64,000 bases of DNA. Origin: Macrostomum hystrix (lineage: Eukaryota > Animalia > Platyhelminthes). The notes beneath the pieces were generated by a model. That model did not search any database and was not told the origin of the DNA. It saw nothing but the letters and a program-made list of their open reading frames with translations. The DNA is taken from the NCBI GenBank assembly GCA_950097015.1, contig CATNEN010000038.1:31992001-32056000 (forward strand). Reading direction: 5' to 3'. A program made the translations under genes and the position numbers. This document shows positions 35,901 through 50,900 of the stretch, piece after piece. Within the stretch, counting starts at the first letter, position 1. Every line of letters starts with the position of its first letter.

Positions 35901-38900
35901 TTTAGTCTCTGGTTTAGCCATGATTCAAACCCTGTTGTAGCCATGATTTAGTCTCTGGTTTAGCCATGATTCAAACTCTGGTTCTTCTATGTTTTAGACT
36001 CTGGTTTAGCCATGATTCAGAATCTAGTTTAGCCATGATTCAGACTCTGGTTTAGCCATGATTCAAACCCTGGTGTAGCCATGATTTAGTCTCTGGTTTA
36101 GCCATGATTCAGACTATGGTTTAGCCATGATTCAGACTCCAGTTTTACCATGATTCAAACTCTGGTTTAGCCTTGATTCAAACTCGGGTTAAGCCTTCAT
36201 TCAAACTCTGGTTTAGCCATGATTCGAACTCTGGTTGGCCATGATTCAAACTCTGTTTTAGCCATGATTCAAACTCTTGTTTAGCCATGATTCAGACTCT
36301 AGTTTAGCCATGATTCGAACTTTGGTTTAGCCGTGATTTAAACTCTAGTTTAGCCATGCTGTTGATGAAGGTTTAGCCATGATTCAAACTCTTGTTGGCC
36401 ATGATTCAAACTCTCGTTTAGCCATGATTCAGACCCTGTTTAGCCATGATTCAAACTCTAGTTTAGCAATGCTGATGATGATGGTTTAGCCATGATTCAA
36501 ACCCTGGTGTAGCCATGATTTAGTCTCTGGTTTAGCCATGATTCAAACTCTGGTTAAGCCATGATTCAGACGCTGGTTTAGCCATGATTCAAACTCTGGT
36601 TTAGCCATGATTCAGACTCTAGTTTAACCATGATTCAGACTCTAGTTTAGCCATGATTGAAACTCTGGTTTAGCCATGATTCAAACTCTAGTTTAGACAT
36701 GCTGATGATGATGGTTTAGCCATGACTCAAGCTCTGGTTTAGCCATGATTGAAGATCTGGATTAGCCATGATTCAGACTATGGTTTAGCCATGATTCAGA
36801 CTCTAGTTTATCCATGATTCAAACTCTGGTTTAGCCATAATTCAGACTCTAGTTTAACTATGATTCAGACTCTAGTTTAGCCATGATTCAGACTCTAGTT
36901 TATCCATGATTCAAACTCTGGTTTAGCCATGATTCAAACTCTAGTTTAGCCATGCTGATGATGATGGTTTAGCCATGATTCAAACCCTGGTGTAGCCATG
37001 ATTCAAACCCTGGTGTAGCCATGATTTAGTCTCTGGTTTAGCCATGATTCAAACCCTGTTGTAGCCATTATTTAGTCTCTGGTTTAGCCATGATTCAAAC
37101 TCTGGTTCTTCTATGTTTTAGACTCTGGTTTAGCCATGATACAGAATCTAGTTTAGCCATGATTCAGACTCTAGTTTAGCCATGATCCAGACTCTGGTTT
37201 TGCCATGATTCAGACTCTGGTTTAGCCATGATTCAGACTCTAGTTTATCCATGATTCAAACTCTGATTTAGCCATAATTCAGACTCTAGTTTAACTATGA
37301 TTCAGACTCTAGTTTAGCCATGATTCAGACTCTAGTTTATCCATGATTCAAACTCTGGTTTAGCCATGATTCAAACTCTAGTTTAGCCATGCTGATGATG
37401 ATGGTTTAGCCATGATTCAAACCCTGGTTTAGCCATGATTTAGTCTCTGGTTTAGCCATGATTCAAACCCTGTTGTAGCCATGATTTAGTCTTTGGTTTA
37501 GCCATGATTCAAACTCTGGTTCTTCTATGTTTTAGACTCTGGTTTAGCCATGATTCAGAATCTAGTTTAGCCATGATTCAGACTCTGGTTTAGCCATGAT
37601 TCAAACCCTGGTGTAGCCATGATTTAGTCTCTGGTTTAGCCATGATTCAAACTCTGGTTCTTCTATGTTTTAGACTCTGGTTTAGCCATGATTCAGAATC
37701 TAGTTTAGCCATGATTCAGACTCTAGTTTAGCCATGATCCAGACTCTGGTTTTGCCATGATTCAGACTCTAGTTTAACTATGATTCAGACTCTAGTTTAG
37801 CCATGATTCAGACTCTAGTTTATCCATGATTCAAACTCTGGTTTAGCCATGATTCAAACTCTAGTTTAGCCATGCTGATGATGATGGTTTAGCCATGATT
37901 CAAACCCTGGTTTAGCCATGATTTAGTCTCTGGTTTAGCCATGATTCAAACCCTGTTGTAGCCATGATTTAGTCTCTGGTTTAGCCATGATTCAAACTCT
38001 GGTTCTTCTATGTTTTAGACTCTGGTTTAGCCATGATTCAGAATCTAGTTTAGCCATGATTCAGACTCTGGTTTAGCCATGATTCAAACCCTGGTGTAGC
38101 CATGATTTAGTCTCTGGTTTAGCCATGATTTAGACTATGGTTTAGCCATGATTCAGACTCCAGTTTTACCATGATTCAAACTCTGGTTTAGCCTTGATTC
38201 AAACTCGGGTTAAGCCTTCATTCAAACTCTGGTTTAGCCATGATTCGAACTCTTGTTGGCAATGATTCAAACTCTGTTTTAGCCATGATTCAAACTCTTG
38301 TTTAGCCATGATTCAGACTCTAGTTTAGCCATGATTCGAACTTTGGTTTAGCCGTGATTTAAACTCTAGTTTAGCCATGCTGTTGATGAAGGTTTAGCCA
38401 TGATTCAAACTCTTGTTGGCCATGATTCAAACTCTCGTTTAGCCATGATTCAGACCCTGTTTAGCCATGATTCAAACTCTGGTTTAGCCATGCTGATGAT
38501 GATGGTTTAGCCATGATTCAAACCCTGGTGTAGCCATGATTTAGTCTCTGGTTTAGCCATGATTCAAACTCTGGTTAAGCCATGATTCAGACGCTGGTTT
38601 AGCCATGATTCAAACTCTGGTTTAGCCATGATTCAGACTCTAGTTTAACCATGATTCAGACTCTAGTTTAGCCATGATTGAAACTCTGGTTTAGCCATGA
38701 TTCAAACTCTAGTTTAGACATGCTGATGATGATGGTTTAGCCATGACTCAAGCTCTGGTTTAGCCATGATTGAAGATCTGGATTAGCCATGATTCAGACT
38801 ATGGTTTAGCCATGATTCAGACTCTAGTTTATCCATGATTCAAACTCTGGTTTAGCCATAATTCAGACTCTAGTTTAACTATGATTCAGACTCTAGTTTA

Positions 38901-41900
38901 GCCATGATTCAGACTCTAGTTTATCCATGATTCAAACTCTGGTTTAGCCATGATTCAAGCTCTAGTTTAGCCATGCTGATGATGATGGTTTAGCCATGAT
39001 TCAAACCCTGGTGTAGCCATGATTCAAACCCTGGTGTAGCCATGATTTAGTCTCTGGTTTAGCCATGATTCAAACCCTGTTGTAGCCATTATTTAGTCTC
39101 TGGTTTAGCCATGATTCAAACTCTGGTTCTTCAATGTTTTAGACTCTGGTTTAGCCATGATTCAGAATCTAGTTTAGCCATGATTCAGACTCTAGTTTAG
39201 CCATGATCCAGACTCTGGTTTTGCCATGATTCAGACTCTGGTTTAGCCATGATTCAGACTCTAGTTTATCCATGATTCAAACTCTGATTAAGCCATAATT
39301 CAGACTCTAGTTTAACTATGATTTAGACTCTAGTTTAGCCATGATTCAGACTCTAGTTTATCCATGATTCAAACTCTGGTTTAGCCATGATTCAAACTCT
39401 AGTTTAGCCATGCTGATGATGATGGTTTAGCCATGATTCAAACCCTGGTTTAGCCATGATTTAGTCTCTGGTTTAGCCATGATTCAAACCCTGTTGTAGC
39501 CATGATTTAGTCTTTGGTTTAGCCATGATTCAAACTCTGGTTCTTCTATGTTTTAGACTCTGGTTTAGCCATGATTCAGAATCTAGTTTAGCCATGATTC
39601 AGACTCTGGTTTAGCCATGATTCAAACCCTGGTGTAGCCATGATTTAGTCTCTGGTTTAGCCATGATTCAGACTATGGTTTAGCCATGATTCAGACTCCA
39701 GTTTTACCATGATTCAAACTCTGGTTAAGCCTTCATTCAAACTCTGGTTTAGCCATGATTCGAACTCTGGTTGGCCATGATTCAAACTCTGTTTTAGCCA
39801 TGATTCAAACTCTTGTTTAGCCATGATTCAGACTCTAGTTTAGCCATGATTCGAACTTTGGTTTAGCCGTGATTTAAACTCTAGTTTAGCCATGCTGTTG
39901 ATGAAGGTTTAGCCATGATTCAAACTCTTGTTGGCCATGATTCAAACTCTCGTTTAGCCATGATTCAGACCTTGTTTAGCCATGATTCAGACTCTGGTTT
40001 AGCCATGCTGATGATGATGGTTTAGCCATGATTCAAACCCTGGTGTAGCCATGATTTAGTCTCTGGTTTAGCCATGATTCAAACTCTGGTTAAGCCATGA
40101 TTCAGACGCTGGTTTAGCCATGATTCAAACTCTAGTTTAGCCATGATTCAGACTCTAGTTTAACCATGATTCAGACTCTAGTTTAGCCATGATTGAAACT
40201 CTGGTTTAGCCATGATTCAAACTCTAGTTTAGACATGCTGATGATGATGGTTTAGCCATGACTCAAGCTCTGGTTTAGCCATGATTGAAGATCTGGATTA
40301 GCCATGATTCAGACTATGGTTTAGCCATGATTCAGACTCCAGTTTTGCCATGATTCAAACTCTGGTTTAGCCTTGATTGAAACTCGGGTTAAGCCTTCAT
40401 TCAAACTCTGGTTTAGCCATGATTCGAACTCTGGTTGGCCATGATTCAAACTCTGTTTTTGCCATGATTCAAACTTATGTTTAGCCATGATTCAGACTCT
40501 AGTTTAGCCATGATTCGAACTTTGGTTTAGCCATGATTCAAACTCTGGTTTAGCCGTGATTCAAACTCCGGTTGGCCATGATTCAAACTCTTGTTTAGCC
40601 ATGATTCAGACTCTAGTTTGGCCATGCTGTTGATGAAGGTTTAGCAATGATTCAAACTCTGGTTTAGCCATGATTCAAATTCTTGTTGGCCATGATTCAA
40701 ACTCTCGTTTAGCCATGATTCAGACCTTGTTTAGCCATGATTCAAACTCTGGTTTAGCCATAATTCAAACTCTGGTTTAGCCATGATTCAAACTCTAGTT
40801 TAGCCATGCTGATGATGATGGTTTAGCCATGATTCAAACCCTGGTGTAGCCATGATTTAGTCTCTGGTTTAGCCATGATTCAAACTCTGGTTTAGCCATG
40901 ATTCAGACGCTGGCTTAGCCATGATTGAAACTCTGGTTTAGCCATGATTGAAACTCTGGTTTTGCCATGATTCAGACTCTGGTTTAGCCATGATTCAGAC
41001 GCCGGTTTAGCCATGATTGAAACTCTGGTTTAGCCATGATTGAAACTCTGGTTTAGCCATGATTCAAACTCTAGTTTAGCCATGATTCAAACTCTTGTTG
41101 GCCATGATTCAAACTCTCGTTTTGCCATGATTCAGACCTTGTTTTGCCATGATTCAAACTCTGGTTTAGCCATAATTCAGACTCTAGTTTAACTATGATT
41201 CAGACTCTAGTTTAGCCATGATTCAGACTCTAGTTTATCCATGATTCAAACTCTGGTTTAGCCATGATTCAAACTCTAGTTTAGACATGCTGATGATGAT
41301 GGTTTAGCCATGATTCAAACCCTGGTGTAGCCATGATTTAGTCTCTGGTTTAGCCATGATTCAAACTCTTGTTAAGCCATGATTCAGACGCTGGTTTAGC
41401 CATGATTCAAACTCTGGTTCTGCCATGTTTCAGACTCTGGTTTAGCCATGATTCAGAATCTAGTTTAGCCATAATTCAGACTCTGGTTTAGCCATGATTC
41501 AAACCCTGGTGTAGCCATGATTTAGTCTCTGGTTTAGCCATGATTCAAACTCTGGTTCTGCCATGTTTCAGACTCTGGTTTAGCCATAATTCAGAATCTA
41601 GTTTAGCCATGATTAAGACTCTGGTTTAGCCATGATTCAAACCCTGGTGTAGCCATGATTTAGTCTCTGGTTTAGCCATGATTCAAACTCTGGTTTAGCC
41701 ATGATTCAGACGCTGGCTTAGCCATGATTGAAACTCTGGTTTAGCCATGATTGAAACTCTGGTTTTGCCATGATTCAGACGCCGGTTTAGCCATGATTGA
41801 AACTCTGGTTTAGTCATGATTCAGACTCTAGTTTAACCATGATTCAGACACTAGTTTAGCCATGATTGAAACTCTGGTTTAGCCATGATTCAAACTCTAG

Positions 41901-44900
41901 TTTAGCCATGCTGATGATGATGGTTTTGCCATGATTCAGACTCTGGTTTAGCCATGATTCAAACTCTGGTTTAGTCATGATTCAGACTCTAGTTTAACCA
42001 TGATTCAGACACTAGTTTAGCCATGATTGAAACTCTGGTTTAGCCATGATTCAAACTCTAGTTTAGCCATGCTGATGATGATGGTTTAGCCATGATTCAG
42101 ACTCTGGTATAGCCATGATTCAAACCCTGGTGTAGCCATGATTTAGTCTCTGGTTTAGCCATGATTCAAACTCTGGTTTTGCATTGATTGAAACTCTGGT
42201 TAAGCCTTGATTCAAACTCGGGTTTAGCCTTCATTCAAACTCTGGTTTAGCCATGATTCGAACTCTGGTTGGCCATGATTCAAACTCTGTTTTAGCCATG
42301 ATTCAAACTCTTGTTTAGCCATGATTCAGACTCTAGTTTAGCCATGATTCAGACTCTGGTTTAGCCGTGATTCAAACTCTGGTTTAGCCATGATTCAAAC
42401 TCTGGTTTAGCCATGCTGATGATGAAAGTTTAGGCATGATTCAAACTCTGGTTTAGCCATGATTCAAACTCTTGTTGGCCATGAATTAAACTCTCGTTTA
42501 GCCATGATTCAAACTCTAGTTTAGCCATGATTCAGACTCTAGTTTAGCCATGATCCAGACTCTGGTTTTGCCATGATTGAAACTCTGGTTTAGCCATGAT
42601 TCAGACTCTAGTTTATCCATGATTCAAACTCTGGTTTAGCCATAATTCAGACTCTAGTTTAACTATGATTCAGACTCTAGTTTAGCCATGATTCAGACTC
42701 TAGTTTATCCATGATTCAAACTCTGGTTTAGCCATGATTCAAACTCTAGTTTAGCCATGCTGATGATGATGGTTTAGCCATGATTCAAACCCTGGTGTAG
42801 CCATGATTCAAACCCTGGTGTAGCCATGATTTAGTCTCTGGTTTAGCCATGATTCAAACTCTGGTTCTGCCATGTTTCAGACTCTGGTTTAGCCATAATT
42901 CAGAATCTAGTTTAGCCATGATTAAGACTCTGGTTTAGCCATGATTCAAACCCTGGTGTAGCCATGATTTAGTCTCTGGTTTAGCCATGATTCAAACTCT
43001 GGTTTAGCCATGATTCAGACGCTGGCTTAGCCATGATTGAAACTCTGGTTTAGCCATGATTGAAACTCTGGTTTTGCCATGATTCAGACGCCGGTTTAGC
43101 CATGATTGAAACTCTGGTTTAGTCATGATTCAGACTCTAGTTTAACCATGATTCAGACACTAGTTTAGCCATGATTGAAACTCTGGTTTAGCCATGATTC
43201 AAACTCTAGTTTAGCCATGCTGATGATGATGGTTTTGCCATGATTCAGACTCTGGTTTAGCCATGATTCAAACTCTGGTTTAGTCATGATTCAGACTCTA
43301 GTTTAACCATGATTCAGACACTAGTTTAGCCATGATTGAAACTCTGGTTTAGCCATGATTCAAACTCTAGTTTAGCCATGCTGATGATGATGGTTTAGCC
43401 ATGATTCAGACTCTGGTATAGCCATGATTCAAACCCTGGTGTAGCCATGATTTAGTCTCTGGTTTAGCCATGATTCAAACTCTGGTTTTGCATTGATTGA
43501 AACTCTGGTTAAGCCTTGATTCAAACTCGGGTTTAGCCTTCATTCAAACTCTGGTTTAGCCATGATTCGAACTCTGGTTGGCCATGATTCAAACTCTGTT
43601 TTAGCCATGATTCAAACTCTTGTTTAGCCATGATTCAGACTCTAGTTTAGCCATGATTCAGACTCTGGTTTAGCCGTGATTCAAACTCTGGTTTAGCCAT
43701 GATTCAAACTCTGGTTTAGCCATGCTGATGATGAAAGTTTAGGCATGATTCAAACTCTGGTTTAGCCATGATTCAAACTCTTGTTGGCCATGAATTAAAC
43801 TCTCGTTTAGCCATGATTCAAACTCTAGTTTAGCCATGATTCAGACTCTAGTTTAGCCATGATCCAGACTCTGGTTTTGCCATGATTCAGACTCTGGTTT
43901 AGCCATGATTCAGACTCTAGTTTATCCATGATTCAAACTCTGGTTTAGCCATAATTCAGACTCTAGTTTAACTATGATTCAGACTCTAGTTTAGCCATGA
44001 TTCAGACTCTAGTTTATCCATGATTCAAACTCTGGTTTAGCCATGATTCAAACTCTAGTTTAGCCATGCTGATGATGATGGTTTAGCCATGATTCAAACC
44101 CTGGTGTAGCCATGATTCAAACCCTGGTGTAGCCATGATTTAGTCTCTGGTTTAGCCATGATTCAAACCCTGTTGTAGCCATGATTTAGTCTCTGGTTTA
44201 GCCATGATTCAAACTCTGGTTCTTCTATGTTTTAGACTCTGGTTTAGCCATGATACAGAATCTAGTTTAGCCATGATTCAGACTCTAGTTTAGCCATGAT
44301 CCAGACTCTGGTTTTGCCATGATTCAGACCCTGGTTTAGCCATGATTCAGACTCTAGTTTATCCATGATTCAAACTCTGGTTTAGCCATGATTCAAACTC
44401 TAGTCTAGCCATGCTGAGGATGATGGTTTAGCCATGATTCAAACCCTGGTTTAGCCATGATTTAGTCTCTGGTTTAGCCATGATTCAAACCCTGTTGTAG
44501 CCATGATTTAGTCTCTGGTTTAGCCATGATTCAAACTCTGGTTCTTCTATGTTTTAGACTCTGGTTTAGCCATGATTCAGAATCTAGTTTAGCCATGATT
44601 CAGACTCTGGTTTAGCCATGATTCAAACCCTGGTGTAGCCATGATTTAGTCTCTGGTTTAGCCATGATTCAGACTATGGTTTAGCCATGATTCAGACTCC
44701 AGTTTTACCATGATTCAAACTCTGGTTTAGCCTTGATTCAAACTCGGGTTAAGCCTTCATTCAAACTCTGGTTTAGCCATGATTCGAACTCTGGTTGGCC
44801 ATGATTCAAACTCTGTTTTAGCCATGATTCAAACTCTTGTTTAGCCATGATTCAGACTCTAGTTTAGCCATGATTCGAACTTTGGTTTAGCCGTGATTTA

Positions 44901-47900
44901 AACTCTAGTTTAGACATGCTGATGATGATGGTTTAGCCATGACTCAAGCTCTGGTTTAGCCATGATTGAAGATCTGGATTAGCCATGATTCAGACTATGG
45001 TTTAGCCATGATTCAGACTCCAGTTTTGCCATGATTCAAACTCTGGTTTAGCTTTGATTGAATCTCGGGTTAAGCCTTCATTCAAACTCTGGTTTAGCCA
45101 TGATTCGAACTCTGGTTGGCCATGATTCAAACTCTGTTTTTGCCATGATTCAAACTTATGTTTAGCCATGATTCAGACTCTAATTTAGCCATGATTCGAA
45201 CTTTGGTTTAGCCATGATTCAAACTCTGGTTTAGCCGTGATTCAAACTCCGGTTGGCCATGATTCAAACTCTTGTTTAGCCATGATTCAGACTCTAGTTT
45301 AGCCATGCTGTTGATGAAGGTTTAGCAATGATTCAAACTCTGGTTTAGCCATGATTCAAACTCTTGTTGGCCATGATTCAAACTCTCGTTTAGCCATGAT
45401 TCAGACCTTGTTTAGCCATGATTGAAACTCTGGTTTAGCCATAATTCAAACTCTGGTTTAGCCATGATTCAAACTCTAGTTTAGCCATGCTGATGATGAT
45501 GGTTTAGCCATGATTCAAACCCTGGTGTAGCCATGATTTAGTCTCTGGTTTAGCCATGATTCAAACTCTGGTTTAGCCATGATTCAGACGCTGGCTTAGC
45601 CATGATTCAGACTCTGGTTTAGCCATGATTGAAACTCTGGTTTTGCCATGATTCAGACTCTGGTTTAGCCATGATTCAGACGCCGGTTTAGCCATGATTG
45701 AAACTCTGGTTTAGCCATGATTGAAACTCTGGTTTAGCCATGATTCAAACTCTAGTTTAGCCATGATTCAAACTCTTGTTGGCCATGATTCAAACTCTCG
45801 TTTTGCCATGATTCAGACCTTGTTTAGCCATGATTCAAACTCTGGTTTAGCCATAATTCAGACTCTAGTTTAACTATGATTCAGACTCTAGTTTAGCCAT
45901 GATTCAGACTCTAGTTTATCCATGATTCAAACTCTGGTTTAGCCATGATTCAAACTCTAGTTTAGACATGCTGATGATGATGGTTTAGCCATGATTCAAA
46001 CCCTGGTGTAGCCATGATATAGTCTCTGGTTTAGCCATGATTCAAACTCTTGTTAAGCCATGATTCAGACGCTGGTTTAGCCATGATTCAAACTCTGGTT
46101 CTGCCATGTTTCAGACTCTGGTTTAGCCATGATTCAGAATCTAGTTTAGCCATAATTCAGACTCTGGTTTAGCCATGATTCAAACCCTGGTGTAGCCATG
46201 ATTTAGTCTCTGGTTTAGCCATGATTCAAACTCTGGTTCTGCCATGTTTCAGACTCTGGTTTAGCCATGATTCAGAATCTAGTTTAGCCATGATTTAGAC
46301 TCTGGTTTAGCCATGATTCAAACCCTGGTGTAGCCATGATTTAGTCTCTGGTTTAGCCATGATTCAAACTCTGGTTTAGCCATGATTCAGACGCTGGCTT
46401 AGCCATGATTGAAACTCTGGTTTAGCCATGATTGAAACTCTGGTTTAGCCATGATTGAAACTCTGGTTTTGCCATGATTCAGACTCTGGTTTAGCCATGA
46501 TTCAGACGCCGGTTTAGCCATGATTGAAACTCTAGTTTAGCCATGCTGATGATGATGGTTTTGCCATGATTCAGACTCTGGTTTAGCCATGATTCAAACT
46601 CTGGTTTAGTCATGATTCAGACTCTAGTTTAACCATGATTCAGACACTAGTTTAGCCATGATTGAAACTCTGGTTTAGCCATGATTCAAACTCTAGTTTA
46701 GCCATGCTGATGATGATGGTTTAGCCATGATTCAGACTCTGGAATAGCCATGATTCAAACCCTGGTGTAGCCATGATTTAGTCTCTGGTTTAGCCATGAT
46801 TCAAACTCTGGTTTTGCATTGATTGAAACTCTGGTTAAGCCTTGATTCAAACTCGGGTTTAGCCTTCATTCAAACTCTGGTTTAGCCATGATTCGAACTC
46901 TGGTTGGCCATGATTCAAACTCTGTTTTAGCCATGATTCAAACTCTTGTTTAGCCATGATTCAGACTCTAGTTTAGCCATGATTCAGACTCTGGTTTAGC
47001 CGTGATTCAAACTCTGGTTTAGCCCATGATTCAAACTCTGGTTTAGCCATGCTGATGATGAAGGTTTAGGCATGATTCAAACTCTGGTTTAGCCATGATT
47101 CAAACTCTTGTTGGCCATGATTCAAACTCTCGTTTAGCCATGATTCAAACTCTAGTTTAGCCATGATTCAGACTCTAGTTTGGCCATGATCCAGACTCTG
47201 GTTTTGCCATGATTCAGACTCTGGTTTAGCCATGATTCAGACTCTAGTTTATCCATGATTCAAACTCTGGTTTAGCCATAATTCAGACTCTAGTTTAACT
47301 ATGATTCAGACTCTAGTTTAGCCATGATTCAGACTCTAGTTTATCCATGATTCAAACTCTGGTTTAGCCATGATTCAAACTCTGGTTTAGCCATGATTCA
47401 GACGCTGGCTTAGCCATGATTCAGACTCTGGTTTAGCCATGATTGAAACTCTGGTTTTGCCATGATTCAGACTCTGGTTTAGCCATGATTCAGACGCCGG
47501 TTTAGCCATGATTGAAACTCTGGTTTAGCCATGATTGAAACTCTGGTTTAGCCATGATTCAAACTCTAGTTTAGCCATGATTCAAACTCTTGTTGGCCAT
47601 GATTCAAACTCTCGTTTTGCCATGATTCAGACCTTGTTTAGCCATGATTCAAACTCTGGTTTAGCCATAATTCAGACTCTAGTTTAACTATGATTCAGAC
47701 TCTAGTTTAGCCATGATTCAGACTCTAGTTTATCCATGATTCAAACTCTGGTTTAGCCATGATTCAAACTCTAGTTTAGACATGCTGATGATGATGGTTT
47801 AGCCATGATTCAAACCCTGGTGTAGCCATGATATAGTCTCTGGTTTAGCCATGATTCAAACTCTTGTTAAGCCATGATTCAGACGCTGGTTTAGCCATGA

Positions 47901-50900
47901 TTCAAACTCTGGTTCTGCCATGTTTCAGACTCTGGTTTAGCCATGATTCAGAATCTAGTTTAGCCATAATTCAGACTCTGGTTTAGCCATGATTCAAACC
48001 CTGGTGTAGCCATGATTTAGTCTCTGGTTTAGCCATGATTCAAACTCTGGTTCTGCCATGTTTCAGACTCTGGTTTAGCCATGATTCAGAATCTAGTTTA
48101 GCCATGATTAAGACTCTGGTTTAGCCATGATTCAAACCCTGGTGTAGCCATGATTTAGTCTCTGGTTTAGCCATGATTCAAACTCTGGTTTAGCCATGAT
48201 TCAGACGCTGGCTTAGCCATGATTGAAACTCTGGTTTAGCCATGATTGAAACTCTGGTTTAGCCATGATTGAAACTCTGGTTTTGCCATGATTCAGACTC
48301 TGGTTTAGCCATGATTCAGACGCCGGTTTAGCCATGATTGAAACTCTAGTTTAGCCATGCTGATGATGATGGTTTTGCCATGATTCAGACTCTGGTTTAG
48401 CCATGATTCAAACTCTGGTTTAGTCATGATTCAGACTCTAGTTTAACCATGATTCAGACACTAGTTTAGCCATGATTGAAACTCTGGTTTAGCCATGATT
48501 CAAACTCTAGTTTAGCCATGCTGATGATGATGGTTTAGCCATGATTCAGACTCTGGAATAGCCATGATTCAAACCCTGGTGTAGCCATGATTTAGTCTCT
48601 GGTTTAGCCATGATTCAAACTCTGGTTTTGCATTGATTGAAACTCTGGTTAAGCCTTGATTCAAACTCGGGTTTAGCCTTCATTCAAACTCTGGTTTAGC
48701 CATGATTCGAACTCTGGTTGGCCATGATTCAAACTCTGTTTTAGCCATGATTCAAACTCTTGTTTAGCCATGATTCAGACTCTAGTTTAGCCATGATTCA
48801 GACTCTGGTTTAGCCGTGATTCAAACTCTGGTTTAGCCATGATTCAAACTCTGGTTTAGCCATGCTGATGATGAAGGTTTAGGCATGATTCAAACTCTGG
48901 TTTAGCCATGATTCAAACTCTTGTTGGCCATGATTCAAACTCTCGTTTAGCCATGATTCAAACTCTAGTTTAGCCATGATTCAGACTCTAGTTTGGCCAT
49001 GATCCAGACTCTGGTTTTGCCATGATTCAGACTCTGGTTTAGCCATGATTCAGACTCTAGTTTATCCATGATTCAAACTCTGGTTTAGCCATAATTCAGA
49101 CTCTAGTTTAACTATGATTCAGACTCTGGTTTAGCCGTGATTCAAACTCTGGTTTAGCCATGATTCAAACTCTGGTTTAGCCATGCTGATGATGAAGGTT
49201 TAGGCATGATTCAAACTCTGGTTTAGCCATGATTCAAACTCTTGTTGGCCATGATTCAAACTCTCGTTTAGCCATGATTCAAACTCTAGTTTAGCCATGA
49301 TTCAGACTCTAGTTTGGCCATGATCCAGACGCCGGTTTAGCCATGATTGAAACTCTAGTTTAGCCATGCTGATGATGATGGTTTTGCCATGATTCAGACT
49401 CTGGTTTAGCCATGATTCAAACTCTGGTTTAGTCATGATTCAGACTCTAGTTTAACCATGATTCAGACACTAGTTTAGCCATGATTGAAACTCTGGTTTA
49501 GCCATGATTCAAACTCTAGTTTAGCCATGCTGATGATGATGGTTTAGCCATGATTCAGACTCTGGAATAGCCATGATTCAAACCCTGGTGTAGCCATGAT
49601 TTAGTCTCTGGTTTAGCCATGATTCAAACTCTGGTTTTGCATTGATTGAAACTCTGGTTAAGCCTTGATTCAAACTCGGGTTTAGCCTTCATTCAAACTC
49701 TGGTTTAGCCATGATTCGAACTCTGGTTGGCCATGATTCAAACTCTGTTTTAGCCATGATTCAAACTCTTGTTTAGCCATGATTCAGACTCTAGTTTAGC
49801 CATGATTCAGACTCTGGTTTAGCCGTGATTCAAACTCTGGTTTAGCCATGATTCAAACTCTGGTTTAGCCATGCTGATGATGAAGGTTTAGGCATGATTC
49901 AAACTCTGGTTTAGCCATGATTCAAACTCTTGTTGGCCATGATTCAAACTCTCGTTTAGCCATGATTCAAACTCTAGTTTAGCCATGATTCAGACTCTAG
50001 TTTGGCCATGATCCAGACTCTGGTTTTGCCATGATTCAGACTCTGGTTTAGCCATGATTCAGACTCTAGTTTATCCATGATTCAAACTCTGGTTTAGCCA
50101 TAATTCAGACTCTAGTTTAACTATGATTCAGACTCTAGTTTAGCCATGATTCAGACTCTAGTTTATCCATGATTCAAACTCTGGTTTAGCCATGATTCAA
50201 ACTCTAGTTTAGCCATGCTGATGATGATGGTTTAGCCATGATTCAAACCCTGGTGTAGCCATGATTCAAACCCTGGTGTAGCCATGATTTAGTCTCTGGT
50301 TTAGCCATGATTCAAACCCTGTTGTAGCCATGATTTAGTCTCTGGTTTAGCCATGATTCAAACTCTGGTTCTTCTATGTTTTAGACTCTGGTTTAGCCAT
50401 GATACAGAATCTAGTTTAGCCATGATTCAGACTCTAGTTTAGCCATGATCCAGACTCTGGTTTTGCCATGATTCAGACTCTGGTTTAGCCATGATTCAGA
50501 CTCTAGTTTATCCATGATTCAAACTCTGGTTTAGCCATGATTCAAACTCTAGTCTAGCCATGCTGAGGATGATGGTTTAGCCATGATTCAAACCCTGGTT
50601 TAGCCATGATTTAGTCTCTGGTTTAGCCATGATTCAAACCCTGTTGTAGCCATGATTTAGTCTCTGGTTTAGCCATGATTCAAACTCTGGTTCTTCTATG
50701 TTTTAGACTCTGGTTTAGCCATGATTCAAACCCTGGTGTAGCCATGATTTAGTCTCTGGTTTAGCCATGATTCAGACTATGGTTTAGCCATGATTCAGAC
50801 TCCAGTTTTACCATGATTCAAACTCTGGTTTAGCCTTGATTCAAACTCGGGTTTAGCCTTCATTCAAACTCTGGTTTGGCCATGATTCGAACTCTGGTTG